NCBI GenBank assembly: GCA_963805855.1 | Contig: CAWDVW010000005.1 | Span: 1,022,297-1,086,296, forward strand | Direction: 5' to 3' | DNA: 64,000 nt | Source of the DNA: Candidatus Dadabacteria bacterium | GTDB taxonomy: Bacteria; Desulfobacterota_D; UBA1144; Nemesobacterales; CSP1-2 | In this document: piece after piece, positions 10,671 through 20,525 of the stretch | Layout of the letters: every line of letters begins with the position of its first letter | Numbering within the stretch: position 1 is the stretch's first letter | Notes under the pieces: generated by a model | The model's input: the letters and a program-made list of their open reading frames with translations, nothing else | Told to the model about the DNA's origin: nothing | Database searches by the model: none | Program-made: the position numbers and the translations under genes

Positions 10671-10907
10671 ATCATTCCCGAGAACTGTAAGTGGGAACCC
10701 ACCCCCCTGTCATTCCCGCGGATTGTTAGCGGGAATCTATGTCTTTGTTTCTGGATCCCCGACAAAGCTTGTCCCCTCATGCATATGGCGGGGAGTCCTC
10801 TGGGATGACACAACGACTAAAAATCTAATTCAACCACAACCCGGTCATCCTGAATTTATTTCAGGATCTAATAAAAACACGAGATGCTGAAACAAGTCCA
10901 GCATGAC
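10671..10907. repeat. Cluster of REP/dRS3-like palindromes (two inverted pairs, one with a nested insert)
   Basis: ATCATTCCCG..GTGGGAAC (10671-10698); GTCATTCCCGCG..GCGGGAATC (10709-10737); TGGATCCCCGAC...TGGGATGACA (10752-10810); GTCATCCTGAATTTATTTCAGGATCT (10844-10869); AGATGCTGAAACAAGTCCAGCATGAC (10882-10907). Confidence 0.8.
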
Positions 10908-11180
10908 TGACTATGACATTCAAGGTCTTGACGCAATTTTTGGAAGGCCGTTTAAGTCCTTTTCATTCTCCAAAGGATTAGCGAAAATAAATCTATTCAT
11001 GAAATTGTGCGGATTTTGCACAAGAAATATCTGGCTTCTACAATTGCGAAGCATGTTCCGGCCTCTCTTCGAGATCTATTCAGAGCCTCATCGGCCAAGA
11101 GTCCCGAGATTTTAGAAAGACTATCTGCTGAACCTATGAAAATATTACAATATGAATAGCGCCTTATACGGATAATCTAC

Positions 11181-11537
11181 TTAATCATCCACTATTTCTA
11201 CCTTTATATACTCCCCACCTTCGGGAACCCTCACCTCAGTGCCGTCGCTTAATTTAATTTCAAAATCGGCCCTGTATGATCCGGTGATGTCTGTTTCTCC
11301 AGGTTTCCACTCATATCTCCCGATGCCAGTCAATGGACTTACAACTACTTCGCCTTCACCTTCGATCCTTTTGACATCTGTAGGTTCCTCTGGTCCTTCC
11401 ATAAAGAACTTTATTTGAGCTCCCGTCAAATTGACCGGTAAAAAGGTATCCATATCAAATAGTCTGAATTGCACAGAAGGACTGATTTTCCCCCTTTTAA
11501 TCTTCAATAACTTCTCTACTTCGATCCTTAATTTCAT
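11181..11537 (-). CDS. Small beta-rich protein resembling the phage baseplate upper protein (BppU) N-terminal domain
   Basis: Pattern PVNLTGA.IKF.M...G..RYEW..G.TD..G.Y.A.FEI..SDG....VP..GYI.V.I, recognised from phage structural proteins. Confidence 0.55.
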   Translation of the reverse strand: MKLRIEVEKLLKIKRGKISPSVQFRLFDMDTFLPVNLTGAQIKFFMEGPEEPTDVKRIEGEGEVVVSPLTGIGRYEWKPGETDITGSYRADFEIKLSDGTEVRVPEGGEYIKVEIVDD

Positions 11538-11774
11538 TTTTCAAATTATATTTCGTGAGTCAATTAATTCATCCTTGTAAGAATTAAGAAAAGATTATGC
11601 CTGAACGAAGAGCGCACGAGCAAGCTGCAAATTATCGGAGTGCTCAGGCAGACTCCACAAAATAGGAAACAATGGTTGTTTCAGTGCATGTTGAAGTTTT
11701 CCTTAACAATCAAAAAAAATGTAGTACAATTCCTTGTCAATACAATCAGTAAAGATCCTCATAGTGCCCGGGAA

Positions 11775-12731
11775 ATGAGACAATTGAGTCCAGTCGCAAA
11801 AGCGCCATATCTTATATTCTTTTTGATCTTAACTACTTTTGGATGTAGCCATAACAATGGTTCGTTAAGCAAAAACAATACTTTTATCAAACAGGCGTCG
11901 GCCGTAGTTTCAATAACAAATCCGGATTTTGTTATTCAACCCCCAGTCACCTTTACGTGGCTACCTGAGCCGATCCAGGTATTCGAGGACCCTCGCTCCA
12001 ACGAGTTGCCAATCCAGGAGACATTTCGGAAAGCCATAGCTGAGTCGTTGACAAATAGAGGCTATGCATTTAAGCAATCAACAATAGCTTGGAAATCCGG
12101 GCCCTCTTCAGTCCGTAAAAAAGCAGATATCGAGCCTAAAGACCTTATTCTGGTGAAAGACTGGGAGTGGGCGGGACCTAGTTTTGGCGCGGGAGGAATT
12201 CTGAAAGAGATTACTCTCGAAAACACGAGTAAAGAAAACCTTGCGGATCTGAGACTGAAAATTGATTACCTTGGCACAACCGGTCCTAAGGAAGGATACG
12301 GTGGCCCGACAAGCATTTTTGTAATCCACGATTCCCTGCCCGCAAAAAGTATAAAGACCTTCAAGGAAATAAATGTTGGATTTCGACACCCTGATGAGAA
12401 GAGAGAACAAATAATCGTATTAAATGCAAAAAGAATTCCCAGCGATTTGTTGATAGGTTTTACGCTGGCTCTTGAAAGCGCGCTCAGTGATCAGGAAATA
12501 TCCCAAAATTATGACATTGCTCCAGGACTGTCGAGTAATAAAGATAATCCAAATGATTATCAAAAGGGTACGGTAATAATCGACGTAGCAGATGCTGAGA
12601 GCAGAACGCTCATTTGGAGAGGCGCCTTGCAGGCGCTCGCGAGTTCCGATATTCCAGAGGACGTGCGACGGGAGAGAATTAATAAAGCCGTAAAGATATT
12701 AATTGACAATTTTATTGACTCGACTAAATAA
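11775..12731 (+). CDS. Lipoprotein with DUF4136-like domain split by an inserted ~110-aa domain
   Basis: Lipobox LTTFGC after a hydrophobic stretch (start ATG 11775 preferred over 11640); AIAESLTNRGY and YQKGTVIIDVADAESRTLIWRG are typical of DUF4136. Confidence 0.65.
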   Translation: MRQLSPVAKAPYLIFFLILTTFGCSHNNGSLSKNNTFIKQASAVVSITNPDFVIQPPVTFTWLPEPIQVFEDPRSNELPIQETFRKAIAESLTNRGYAFKQSTIAWKSGPSSVRKKADIEPKDLILVKDWEWAGPSFGAGGILKEITLENTSKENLADLRLKIDYLGTTGPKEGYGGPTSIFVIHDSLPAKSIKTFKEINVGFRHPDEKREQIIVLNAKRIPSDLLIGFTLALESALSDQEISQNYDIAPGLSSNKDNPNDYQKGTVIIDVADAESRTLIWRGALQALASSDIPEDVRRERINKAVKILIDNFIDSTK

Positions 12732-12768
12732 AATGTAATTAAGAGTCGTCAGGACCTACGGTGATACA

Positions 12769-14718
12769 TCAATCGATTGAGCTGTGTTCCTGTTTGGTCA
12801 CGGCTGGTTGCTGTTGGGTAATACAATGAATCGTCCCCAATCCATATAACAGGTCTGTGCAGTTGATACCGATAACCTTCCTGTCCGGAAATTGATCTCT
12901 AATAATCCTTAATGCCAATTTGTCGTTCTCGTGTCGAAAGGTTGGAACTAAAACTACCTTATTGGCAATATAAAAGTTGAGGTAACTCGCGGGAAGTCTA
13001 ATGTTCCTACCCCGGACAACCCTGCGAATTGGATGAGGCATCGGCAATTTTATGACATTTAGTTTATTTCCGCCTTGATCCTTTGATTTAAGCAGTATCT
13101 GATAGTTATCTTTCAGGACAGAATAGTTCTCGTCTTTTTCATTCCCCTCATAAGCACACAAGACGGTCCTCGGATTGACAAAGCGAGCGAGATTATCGAT
13201 GTGGCCGTCAGTATCATCTCCTACAATGCCTGATTTTAGCCATATGATGTGACTCACTCCGAAATAGTTCATCAAATATTTTTCCATGTCTCTTTTTGAG
13301 AGACTAGGATTTCTGCTATGGTTCAAGAGACATTGCTCAGTCGTTAGCAGAGTCCCTTTACCATTGACATCAACCGAGCCTCCTTCAAGGATTATCCCAG
13401 GCCTGCAATAAGCCAAATGGGTTTCCTGACCTATGATATAAGGGATTTGGGTATCTCTAATAAGATCCTTATATTTCTCTCCCCATGCGTTAAATATCCA
13501 GTGAACAATCGCCATCTGCTTTTTGCGCGTATTAACTACGAATATTGGGCCATAGTCCCTAAACCAGACATCGGCATAATCCCATACATGGAAGTTGACT
13601 GCCTTTAAATCAATATTACTATTCTTTGAGAAAGCCTTAACCTTGGCTTTCATATTCAAATCCCTCACAAAAAGATTGATTGTCTCACCGCTATGCAGGG
13701 CTTCAATTATTTCGAGATATTTTTTCTCGACCTTTTTTACTCTACGAGGAAATGTCTCCGGGTCATGGGGCCATGACAACCAGGTCGCCTCGTGATTTTC
13801 CCATTCGGCAGGCATGATGTATCCTGACTCCTTGGGTGTGTCATTCAAGATAGGCGAACCGATCAAGCCATAGGTCTCGGGACGTCGGTTCTTAATGAAT
13901 CCCCAACCTTCCTGAATGCGTTTGTTTTGGCTAATATCCAAATCTGCAATCAAAACTTCCTCATCTTTCTCACTTGCCCTTTTGAGTACCTTTCCAAACG
14001 CATCGCAGACAAAGGATGATCCCCAGAAGCTTATTTTACCTTCCCTTCCTACCCGGTTAACGACGGCAATATGCACTCCATTTGCTATGGCATGGGAACG
14101 CTGAATAGTCTCCCAGGCGGAAATCCATTCTGAGTAAGATAGGGAATCGCCTTCGAGATACCCAATTGCAGAGGGATAAAAGATAACATCCGCACCTTGA
14201 AGGGAATTGTTTCGCGCAGCTTCAGGGAACCATTGATCATAGCAAATTAGTACGCCAAAAGTCAGATTGTGTGTATTAAATACACGATAACCGGAGTCGC
14301 TCTCTTCAAAATAGCTCTTCTCATAAAAAAAGGGATCATGCGGGATATGTGTCTTCCGGTATGCACCGAGAAGTGTCCCGTCCGCATCAATCACGGCAGC
14401 AGTGTTGTGGAAGTTGCCGCCAGAATCTACTTCAAAGATAGGTGCAATGATTACTACATTTAATTCCTTTGCTAGGCCCGATAAGACGGATGTCGATTCC
14501 CCGGGAATAGTCTCGGCCAAAAGCGCGACATCTTTTCTCTCATCAACCGGAAAATACTTGGTTCTGTATAATTCTTGAAGACAGATAAACTGCGCGCCCC
14601 TTTTAGCCGCTTCTCTTATTTTGGCTATAGTTTTTTTCACATTAAGGGCGATATTATTTGAGACACGAGTCTGCACAAGTCCGATAGTAACGATATTCTT
14701 ATTTCTTTTCGTCAGCAT
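12769..14718 (-). CDS. Fused N-carbamoylputrescine amidohydrolase (nitrilase family) + agmatine deiminase
   Basis: N-terminal half: LQEL, YRKTHIPHDP.FYEK, ICYDQWFPEAAR. C-terminal half: MPAEWE, DVWFRDYGP, LEGGS, GDDTDGHID, GTIHCITQQ. One uninterrupted frame; start at 14718 preferred. Confidence 0.9.
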   Translation of the reverse strand: MLTKRNKNIVTIGLVQTRVSNNIALNVKKTIAKIREAAKRGAQFICLQELYRTKYFPVDERKDVALLAETIPGESTSVLSGLAKELNVVIIAPIFEVDSGGNFHNTAAVIDADGTLLGAYRKTHIPHDPFFYEKSYFEESDSGYRVFNTHNLTFGVLICYDQWFPEAARNNSLQGADVIFYPSAIGYLEGDSLSYSEWISAWETIQRSHAIANGVHIAVVNRVGREGKISFWGSSFVCDAFGKVLKRASEKDEEVLIADLDISQNKRIQEGWGFIKNRRPETYGLIGSPILNDTPKESGYIMPAEWENHEATWLSWPHDPETFPRRVKKVEKKYLEIIEALHSGETINLFVRDLNMKAKVKAFSKNSNIDLKAVNFHVWDYADVWFRDYGPIFVVNTRKKQMAIVHWIFNAWGEKYKDLIRDTQIPYIIGQETHLAYCRPGIILEGGSVDVNGKGTLLTTEQCLLNHSRNPSLSKRDMEKYLMNYFGVSHIIWLKSGIVGDDTDGHIDNLARFVNPRTVLCAYEGNEKDENYSVLKDNYQILLKSKDQGGNKLNVIKLPMPHPIRRVVRGRNIRLPASYLNFYIANKVVLVPTFRHENDKLALRIIRDQFPDRKVIGINCTDLLYGLGTIHCITQQQPAVTKQEHSSID

Positions 14719-15106
14719 AATGAGAGACTTTAATTTAACATATTTATTTTCATTATCATTGTTTGCGTAACTAACAAGAATTAAGCTCTGTCCACCGCGC
14801 CTCGGGGTGGCACGCATTGAGGCCTTTGGGGCTCATTTTATAAAAGATGAGGAACACTATGTATTATTTTCCCCGTTTAAAAAAAAAGGCACACAGAAAC
14901 ATAAATTGAGACAAGATCGATTTATATGCTCGGCTTAACTTGATAAAAGTTATTGCATAAGCTTATGAAATGTGTATAATGTCAGCTTAGGAGAGTTTAA
15001 ATTCAGCCAAGTGAGGATGGTTAGCCCTTCTAGATAAATACTATTTAGGTTCAAGGTTCATACAGATATTGCTTAATTTATTCCCATAAAGTCATTCGAG
15101 CCAGGT

Positions 15107-16810
15107 ATGACTGAATTTTCAAAACGAAAAATAGCCTACTTTTCCATGGAAATAGCTGTTAATCCGGGCATGCCGACTTACAGCGGTGGCCTGGGTATGT
15201 TGGCGGGTGATACAATTCGCTCCGCTGCCGACCTCAAAGTTCCCATTGTAGCTGTGTCATTACTACATAGGAAAGGGTATTTTTATCAAAGGCTTGATCC
15301 AAATGGGTGGCAAAGAGAGGAACCGGCAGAATGGGTAGTAGAAGATTTCCTGGTAGAAATGCCTGAAAGAGTTTCGGTTCTAATTGAGGGCAGGTCAGTT
15401 CACATTCGCGCGTGGAAATACCTGGTCACAGGAATAGCAAGCTTCGAAGTACCGGTTTATTTTCTTGATACTTATCTTCCAGAGAACTCCGAATCGGACA
15501 AAACGTTGACACATTACCTTTATGGAGGAGATCAAAGGTACAGACTCTGTCAGGAAGTCATTTTAGGTACCGGCGGGGTCAGGATGCTTCGTGCACTAGG
15601 GTATAGAGATATAGGGCGATTTCACATGAATGAAGGTCATTCGAGCCTTTTGACGCTTGAGCTTCTCAATGAAGAAAGTAAAGGTGAACAAAATGGCACC
15701 TTTACCATTGAAAACATAGAGTCCGTGAAAAAGAGATGCGTTTTTACCACTCATACCCCTGTCCCTGCAGGGCATGATCAGTTTCCGTTGGAGATAGTTA
15801 AGGATATCATTGGTCTTAAAGCTTCAAATGGCATCAAAGACATCATCAGCTGCAACGGACTACTTAACATGACCCATCTGGCGTTAAATCTGAGTAGTTA
15901 TATAAACGGTGTCGCAAAAAAACATGGCGAAACCTCGAACCTTATGTTCGATGGTTATCATGTTGATGCAATAACAAATGGCATTCACGCGCCTACTTGG
16001 GTTTCAAACTATTTCAAAGAACTTTTTGATCGATATGCGCAAGACTGGATGCAGGATAACTTCAACCTCAGGCACGCATTGAACATTCCTAATTCTGAAT
16101 TATGGGATGCGCATGTAAAGGCGAAACAAGAATTGATCGATCATGTGAACAGGGAAACGAATGTTGGATTGGACCTGGATCATCTCACGATTGGATTAGC
16201 TAGAAGGGCTACTAGATATAAGAGGACGGATCTTATTTTCACTGATATCGAAAGATTGAAAGGTATCTCAACTGAAATCGGTCCCATTCAGATCATCATT
16301 TCAGGAAAGGCTCATCCAAAAGATCATGATGGAAAGGAATTAATACATCGAATATATGAAGTCAAAAAATTGCTCCAAGGAGAAGTCAAGATCTCCTACC
16401 TTGAGAATTATGATATGGTCCTTTCTAAAAAGATAATCGCCGGTGTCGATGTCTGGCTTAACACACCCCAACCTCCTCTCGAAGCATCGGGAACAAGCGG
16501 AATGAAAGCAGCATTAAATGGGGTACCAAGCTTAAGCGTCCTGGACGGATGGTGGATAGAAGGATGCATTGAAGGGATTACGGGCTGGTCTATAGGCGAA
16601 AATGGTCGAAAAATCGATCAAAATAAAGACCAGACCTACGATGATGCCATATCCCTCTACCATAAACTCGAGCAGGTCGTTCTTCCACTATTCTACAATG
16701 ACCGGGATAGCTTCATAGATGTAATGCGAAACGCTATAGCTTTAAACGCATCATTTTTCAATACTCAGAGGATGCTTAAAGAATACGTACTAAGAGCCTA
16801 CTTAAGTTGA
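15107..16810 (+). CDS. glgP: Alpha-glucan family phosphorylase (short form)
   Basis: [36 protein letters not shown] motif [14 protein letters not shown]. Confidence 0.92.
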   Translation: MTEFSKRKIAYFSMEIAVNPGMPTYSGGLGMLAGDTIRSAADLKVPIVAVSLLHRKGYFYQRLDPNGWQREEPAEWVVEDFLVEMPERVSVLIEGRSVHIRAWKYLVTGIASFEVPVYFLDTYLPENSESDKTLTHYLYGGDQRYRLCQEVILGTGGVRMLRALGYRDIGRFHMNEGHSSLLTLELLNEESKGEQNGTFTIENIESVKKRCVFTTHTPVPAGHDQFPLEIVKDIIGLKASNGIKDIISCNGLLNMTHLALNLSSYINGVAKKHGETSNLMFDGYHVDAITNGIHAPTWVSNYFKELFDRYAQDWMQDNFNLRHALNIPNSELWDAHVKAKQELIDHVNRETNVGLDLDHLTIGLARRATRYKRTDLIFTDIERLKGISTEIGPIQIIISGKAHPKDHDGKELIHRIYEVKKLLQGEVKISYLENYDMVLSKKIIAGVDVWLNTPQPPLEASGTSGMKAALNGVPSLSVLDGWWIEGCIEGITGWSIGENGRKIDQNKDQTYDDAISLYHKLEQVVLPLFYNDRDSFIDVMRNAIALNASFFNTQRMLKEYVLRAYLS

Positions 16811-16849
16811 TTGGTGATAATTTGTGACAGATGTGACCACTTTCTTATC

Positions 16850-16981
16850 ACTATATCCATCAATATACGACAAATATCTCTCCTTACCCCTGTCTTCACT
16901 AAATATGTTTCGTTAGTTATTCCCCCTCTGGGTTATGTGATATGGGCTGTTCGGTATTACTATCCTTGCTATTCTCGGCAT
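16850..16981 (-). pseudogene. Truncated RAYT/Y1 transposase remnant
   Basis: My translation from ATG 16981: MPRIARIVIPNSPYHITQRGNN*RNIFSEDRGKERYLSY; typical RAYT N-terminus with an in-frame TAA at 16913-16915; the rest of the gene is absent. Confidence 0.75.
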
Positions 16982-17052
16982 AGATTAATTCTCAAATAAT
17001 ATTGGCGTCTTTTAACTTAATTAGTGTCTGTCACCACTTTGTGACCACTTTC

Positions 17053-17528
17053 CTAGATCAAATTCCTATCAAGTGTTCTGTATTGTATAGCTTCAGAGAT
17101 GTGGCGTGATCGGACCTGCTCGGAGCCTTCGAGATCGGAGATAGTTCGTGCGACTTTTAGAATCCTGTCATATGCCCTGGCGCTCAGCCCAAATTTGTTT
17201 ATCGCGGTCTCTAGAAGCTTATGTCCAGCCTCATCGGGCTTTGAAAACTTCCTAACAACCCTCGGTGGCATCTGCGAGTTAGAGTGGATCTTCATCCTCC
17301 CGAACCTGTCCTTTTGAATCCCCCGCGCACCATTCACTCTTCTCCTTATCTCAGAAGATGTCTCACCCCTATCCTCGCCGGAAAGCTCTTTGTACCTGAC
17401 GGGTGGGACCTCAATATGAATATCAATTCTATCCAGGAGCGAACCCGAGACTTTTGCTCTATATTTTTGAATCAGAATGGGAGAACACGTGCATTCCTTA
17501 AGCGGGTCTCCATAGTACCCGCACGGGG
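17053..17528 (-). pseudogene. comM: 3' fragment of ComM/YifB Mg-chelatase-like AAA+ ATPase
   Basis: Reads PCGYYGDPLKECTCS...KVSGSLLDRIDIHIEV...LSARAYDRILKVARTISDL...HISEAIQYR; homology stops abruptly just upstream of PCG. Confidence 0.85.
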
Positions 17529-17904
17529 ATCCCTGAGGTTAACAATCAAACCAAATTTGCTCTAGAGTTTGCTAAGTCTTATAACATCAATAGGGCTAGG
17601 AATTTGAAATATGGTCATGATAATTACCACGAGTCGATTAAAACTCTTCATATTAGAAAACTTAAATCTCAACTTTAAATCCTAAAATGAACAATAAAAT
17701 ATTTTTCGCTCGATGGCGCAATATAAATTTTATCGAGACCACTTAATTGTGCCCTTTCTATTGTAACCTTATAATTATATTTTAATTAATATATAATAAT
17801 TATTGACTTTTGCCGATGTTTAAACGTATATTTTTGAATAAATAAAGGAAAAAAGAGTTAAGGATTCTGGCTAATACTCGAAAAAAGAAAATTAAGCCAC
17901 TAGT

Positions 17905-18355
17905 ATGGAACATTTCCGTAACCTAACTAATGATTTAGAAATATCATATACGATTACTCGAGCAGTTCATAAGTACCTTGATTTAGACGAGGTTTTTAAA
18001 ATCGCACTAGATATGACGATTGCTTTAGAAAATGTAGATATGGCATTTATTTATCTCGTTGATTTTGGTAGAAAAGAAGCAGTCCTCCGAGCTCAAAGAA
18101 ATGTTCCTAAAGATTACATAAAAAGGGCTGGAAGTATACCTTATCCTAAAGGCATAACCTGGAAGATAATTGATTCAGGGAAAGCAATAAATATCGAAGA
18201 CATTCAAAAGGATCGATATGTTGGTCCGGCAGGAAGGAAGCTTGGGCATCACGGCGTGCTAGGGATACCGATCACAATTGAGGACAAAGTTATTGGAGTC
18301 ATTTATTTTGCAAGCTACAAAGAACGTCAATTTAGAGCTCAAGAAGTCGATCCTA
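17905..18355 (+). CDS. GAF-domain protein (sensor N-terminus), 3'-truncated at the chimeric junction
   Basis: LDLDEVFKIALD...GITWKII.SGK.INIEDIQ.D...GIPI..EDKVIGVI....Y..RQF GAF pattern; the ORF stop lies inside adapter-like sequence. Confidence 0.75.
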
Positions 18356-18403
18356 AGCAATAACGGTTCTATGTACGTGTACACCTTAAACCATCGTATT
18401 GCT
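18356..18403. other. Back-to-back Nanopore ligation-adapter remnants = chimeric junction between two genomes
   Basis: AGCAATAACG resembles adapter bottom strand GCAATACG; ATGTAC...CGTATTGCT resembles top strand AATGTACTTCGTTCAGTTACGTATTGCT; abrupt GC and codon shift; genes truncated on both sides. Confidence 0.85.
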
Positions 18404-18602
18404 GATCGAGCGGCCTGTGGCCGGCGCAGCTGCCTCACTACGGACAGCCACCGGCCGAGCTGGCACCATCTCCGCGACCGACGCCATTGTGGCCGCGTAT
18501 GCGGACACCTGCCCCGAGCCGATGGTCCTCACCACCGACCCTGCCGACCTGACCGCACTCGCGGGACATGCCCAACGTCGCATCACCGTCGTTCCAAGCT
18601 GA
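18404..18602 (+). CDS. PIN-domain (VapC-like) protein, 5'-truncated at the junction
   Basis: ISATDAIVAA...VLTTDPADL is the C-terminal PIN acidic motif pattern. Confidence 0.65.
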
Positions 18603-18634
18603 CCGAGGAAACCGGCATCGTCGTCCGCTACTCG

Positions 18635-20471
18635 GACCCTGTTGGCGAATCCTGTGACACGCTCTCGATCTGCACGGCGTTGATCTTCCGGGGCGGCATG
18701 ATCTTGGCCGCGGTTGGCCTTCCCCCGTTCCCGGCCGCAGAATGGGCTTGTCATGTCGCTTCAGCCGCGCCGCTTGCCGGGGGTTCCCGCCGACACCGCC
18801 AGGGCGGCCAAGGCCGCGTTCCCCAAGGGCAGCCTGGCGATCCGGATCCGTGACGAGCTGGGTGAGGTGTGGTCCGACCAGCGGTTCCAAGACCTGTTCG
18901 GGAACCGCGGCAGGCCGGGGATCTCCCCAGCCCAGCTGATGATCGTGCTGGTGCTGGCCATGGTGGAGAACCTGACCGACCGGCAAGCGGCCGACATGGC
19001 CCGCCGTGCGATCGACTGGAAGTACGCGCTCGGGCTGGCGTTGGACGATCCGGGGTTCGACTTCACGGTGCTCTCGGAGTTCCGGGCCCGGCTGGTCGCG
19101 GGGTCGATGGAGACCGAGGCGCTCGACGCGCTGCTGATCGCGCTGGCGGGACGGGGACTGGTCAAATCGGGCGGCCGGCAGCGCACCGACTCCACCCACG
19201 TGCTGGGCCGGCTGCGCAGCCTCAACCGGCTGGAACTGGCCGGGGAGAGCATCCGCGCGGCGCTGGAGGCGCTGGCCGCCGCCGCGCCGGCCTGGCTGGC
19301 CGGTGTGATCGACGAACAGTGGGCAGGGGTGTACGGAAGCCGCATCGACAACCTGCACCTGCCGCAGAGCGACACCAAACGCGCCGCGCTGGCGCTGTCC
19401 TACGGCCGCGACGGCTACCGTCTGCTGGAGGCGGTCTACGCCGCCGGCGCGCCGGCATGGCTGGCTGAGCTGCCCGCGGTCGAGACCCTGCGCCGGATCT
19501 GGGTACAGCAGTACTACCGGGTCATCGACGAGGCCGGGGAGCAGGTGATCCGGCGGGAAGCGACCGAGCAGGGGCTCCCGCCGGGCAGATCGAGGCTGGT
19601 CTCCCCCTACGACCTGGATGCCCGCTACAGCGAGAAACGCGGCACGGGCTGGACCGGCTACAAGGCCCACCTCACCGAGACCTGCTCCACCTCCGGCGAG
19701 GACGACCCGGACACCGGCCGACCCGCCGCACCGAACCTGATCACCCATGTGGCCACCACCGCGGCCACCGTGCCGGATGTGGCGATGACCGAACCCATCC
19801 ACGACAGCCTCGACGCGAAGGACCTGCTCCCCGGCGAGCACGTCGTGGATGCCGGCTACACCTCCGCCGACCTGCTGCTCACCGCCCGGGCCCGCGGGGT
19901 CACCCTGCTCGGCCCGTTGCTGGCCGACACCTCCCCCCAGGCGCGGGCCGGCGGCTACACCACCGCCGCGTTCACCATCGACTGGGACACCCACCAGGTC
20001 CGCTGCCCGCAAGGCGCCACCAGCACCGGCTGGAGCCCGTGCACCCAACGCGGCACCGAAGCCATCGTGGTCAGGTTCGACGCCGCCACCTGCCGGGCAT
20101 GCCCGGCGAAACCCCGGTGCACCACCGCCACCCGGACCGGACGCCAGCTGTCGCTGCGCCCCCGCCACGTCCACGAGGCCGTCGAGCAGGCCCGCGCCGA
20201 GCAGAGCAGCGACCAGTGGCAGCACGACTACAAGATCCGGGCCGGAGTCGAGGGCACCATGCGCCAGGCCACCCACGTCACCGGCATCCGCCGCGCCCGC
20301 TACCTGGGCCTGCCCAAGACCAGCCTGGAGCACAACCTCGCCGCCGCCGCGATCAACCTCATCCGCTACGACGCCTGGCTCACCGACAAGCCCATGGACA
20401 GGACCCGAACCACACACCTGCAACGGATCTTCCCACGCGCTGCATGACGCCCAGAATTTGCCAACAGGGTC
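18635..20471 (+). mobile_element. Complete IS1182-family insertion sequence
   Basis: IRL GACCCTGTTGGCGAATCCTG vs reverse complement of IRR GACCCTGTTGGCAAATTCTG (18/20); 6-bp target duplication TACTCG at 18629-18634 and 20472-20477. Confidence 0.92.
18753..20447 (+). CDS. IS1182-family DDE transposase
   Basis: ENLTDRQAA, WKYALGL, QRTDSTHV, SPYD.DARY, W.GYK.HLTETC, VDAGY, Y..RAGVEGT. Confidence 0.92.
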   Translation: MSLQPRRLPGVPADTARAAKAAFPKGSLAIRIRDELGEVWSDQRFQDLFGNRGRPGISPAQLMIVLVLAMVENLTDRQAADMARRAIDWKYALGLALDDPGFDFTVLSEFRARLVAGSMETEALDALLIALAGRGLVKSGGRQRTDSTHVLGRLRSLNRLELAGESIRAALEALAAAAPAWLAGVIDEQWAGVYGSRIDNLHLPQSDTKRAALALSYGRDGYRLLEAVYAAGAPAWLAELPAVETLRRIWVQQYYRVIDEAGEQVIRREATEQGLPPGRSRLVSPYDLDARYSEKRGTGWTGYKAHLTETCSTSGEDDPDTGRPAAPNLITHVATTAATVPDVAMTEPIHDSLDAKDLLPGEHVVDAGYTSADLLLTARARGVTLLGPLLADTSPQARAGGYTTAAFTIDWDTHQVRCPQGATSTGWSPCTQRGTEAIVVRFDAATCRACPAKPRCTTATRTGRQLSLRPRHVHEAVEQARAEQSSDQWQHDYKIRAGVEGTMRQATHVTGIRRARYLGLPKTSLEHNLAAAAINLIRYDAWLTDKPMDRTRTTHLQRIFPRAA

Positions 20472-20495
20472 TACTCGCACTCCAAAATCACCGAT

Positions 20496-20516
20496 GCCCA
20501 GGTCAGAGACCTGGGC
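20496..20516 (-). terminator. Hairpin directly downstream of ssrA
   Basis: GCCCAGGTC-AGA-GACCTGGGC, a perfect 9-bp stem 10 nt past the tmRNA 3' end. Confidence 0.55.
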
Positions 20517-20525
20517 TTCGTCCAG

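Noticed and set aside
1-18355. An 18-kb low-GC genomic island in an actinobacterium
   Set aside because: It carries housekeeping genes, has no integrase or att site at the boundary, and the boundary holds adapter-like sequence; a chimera explains it better.
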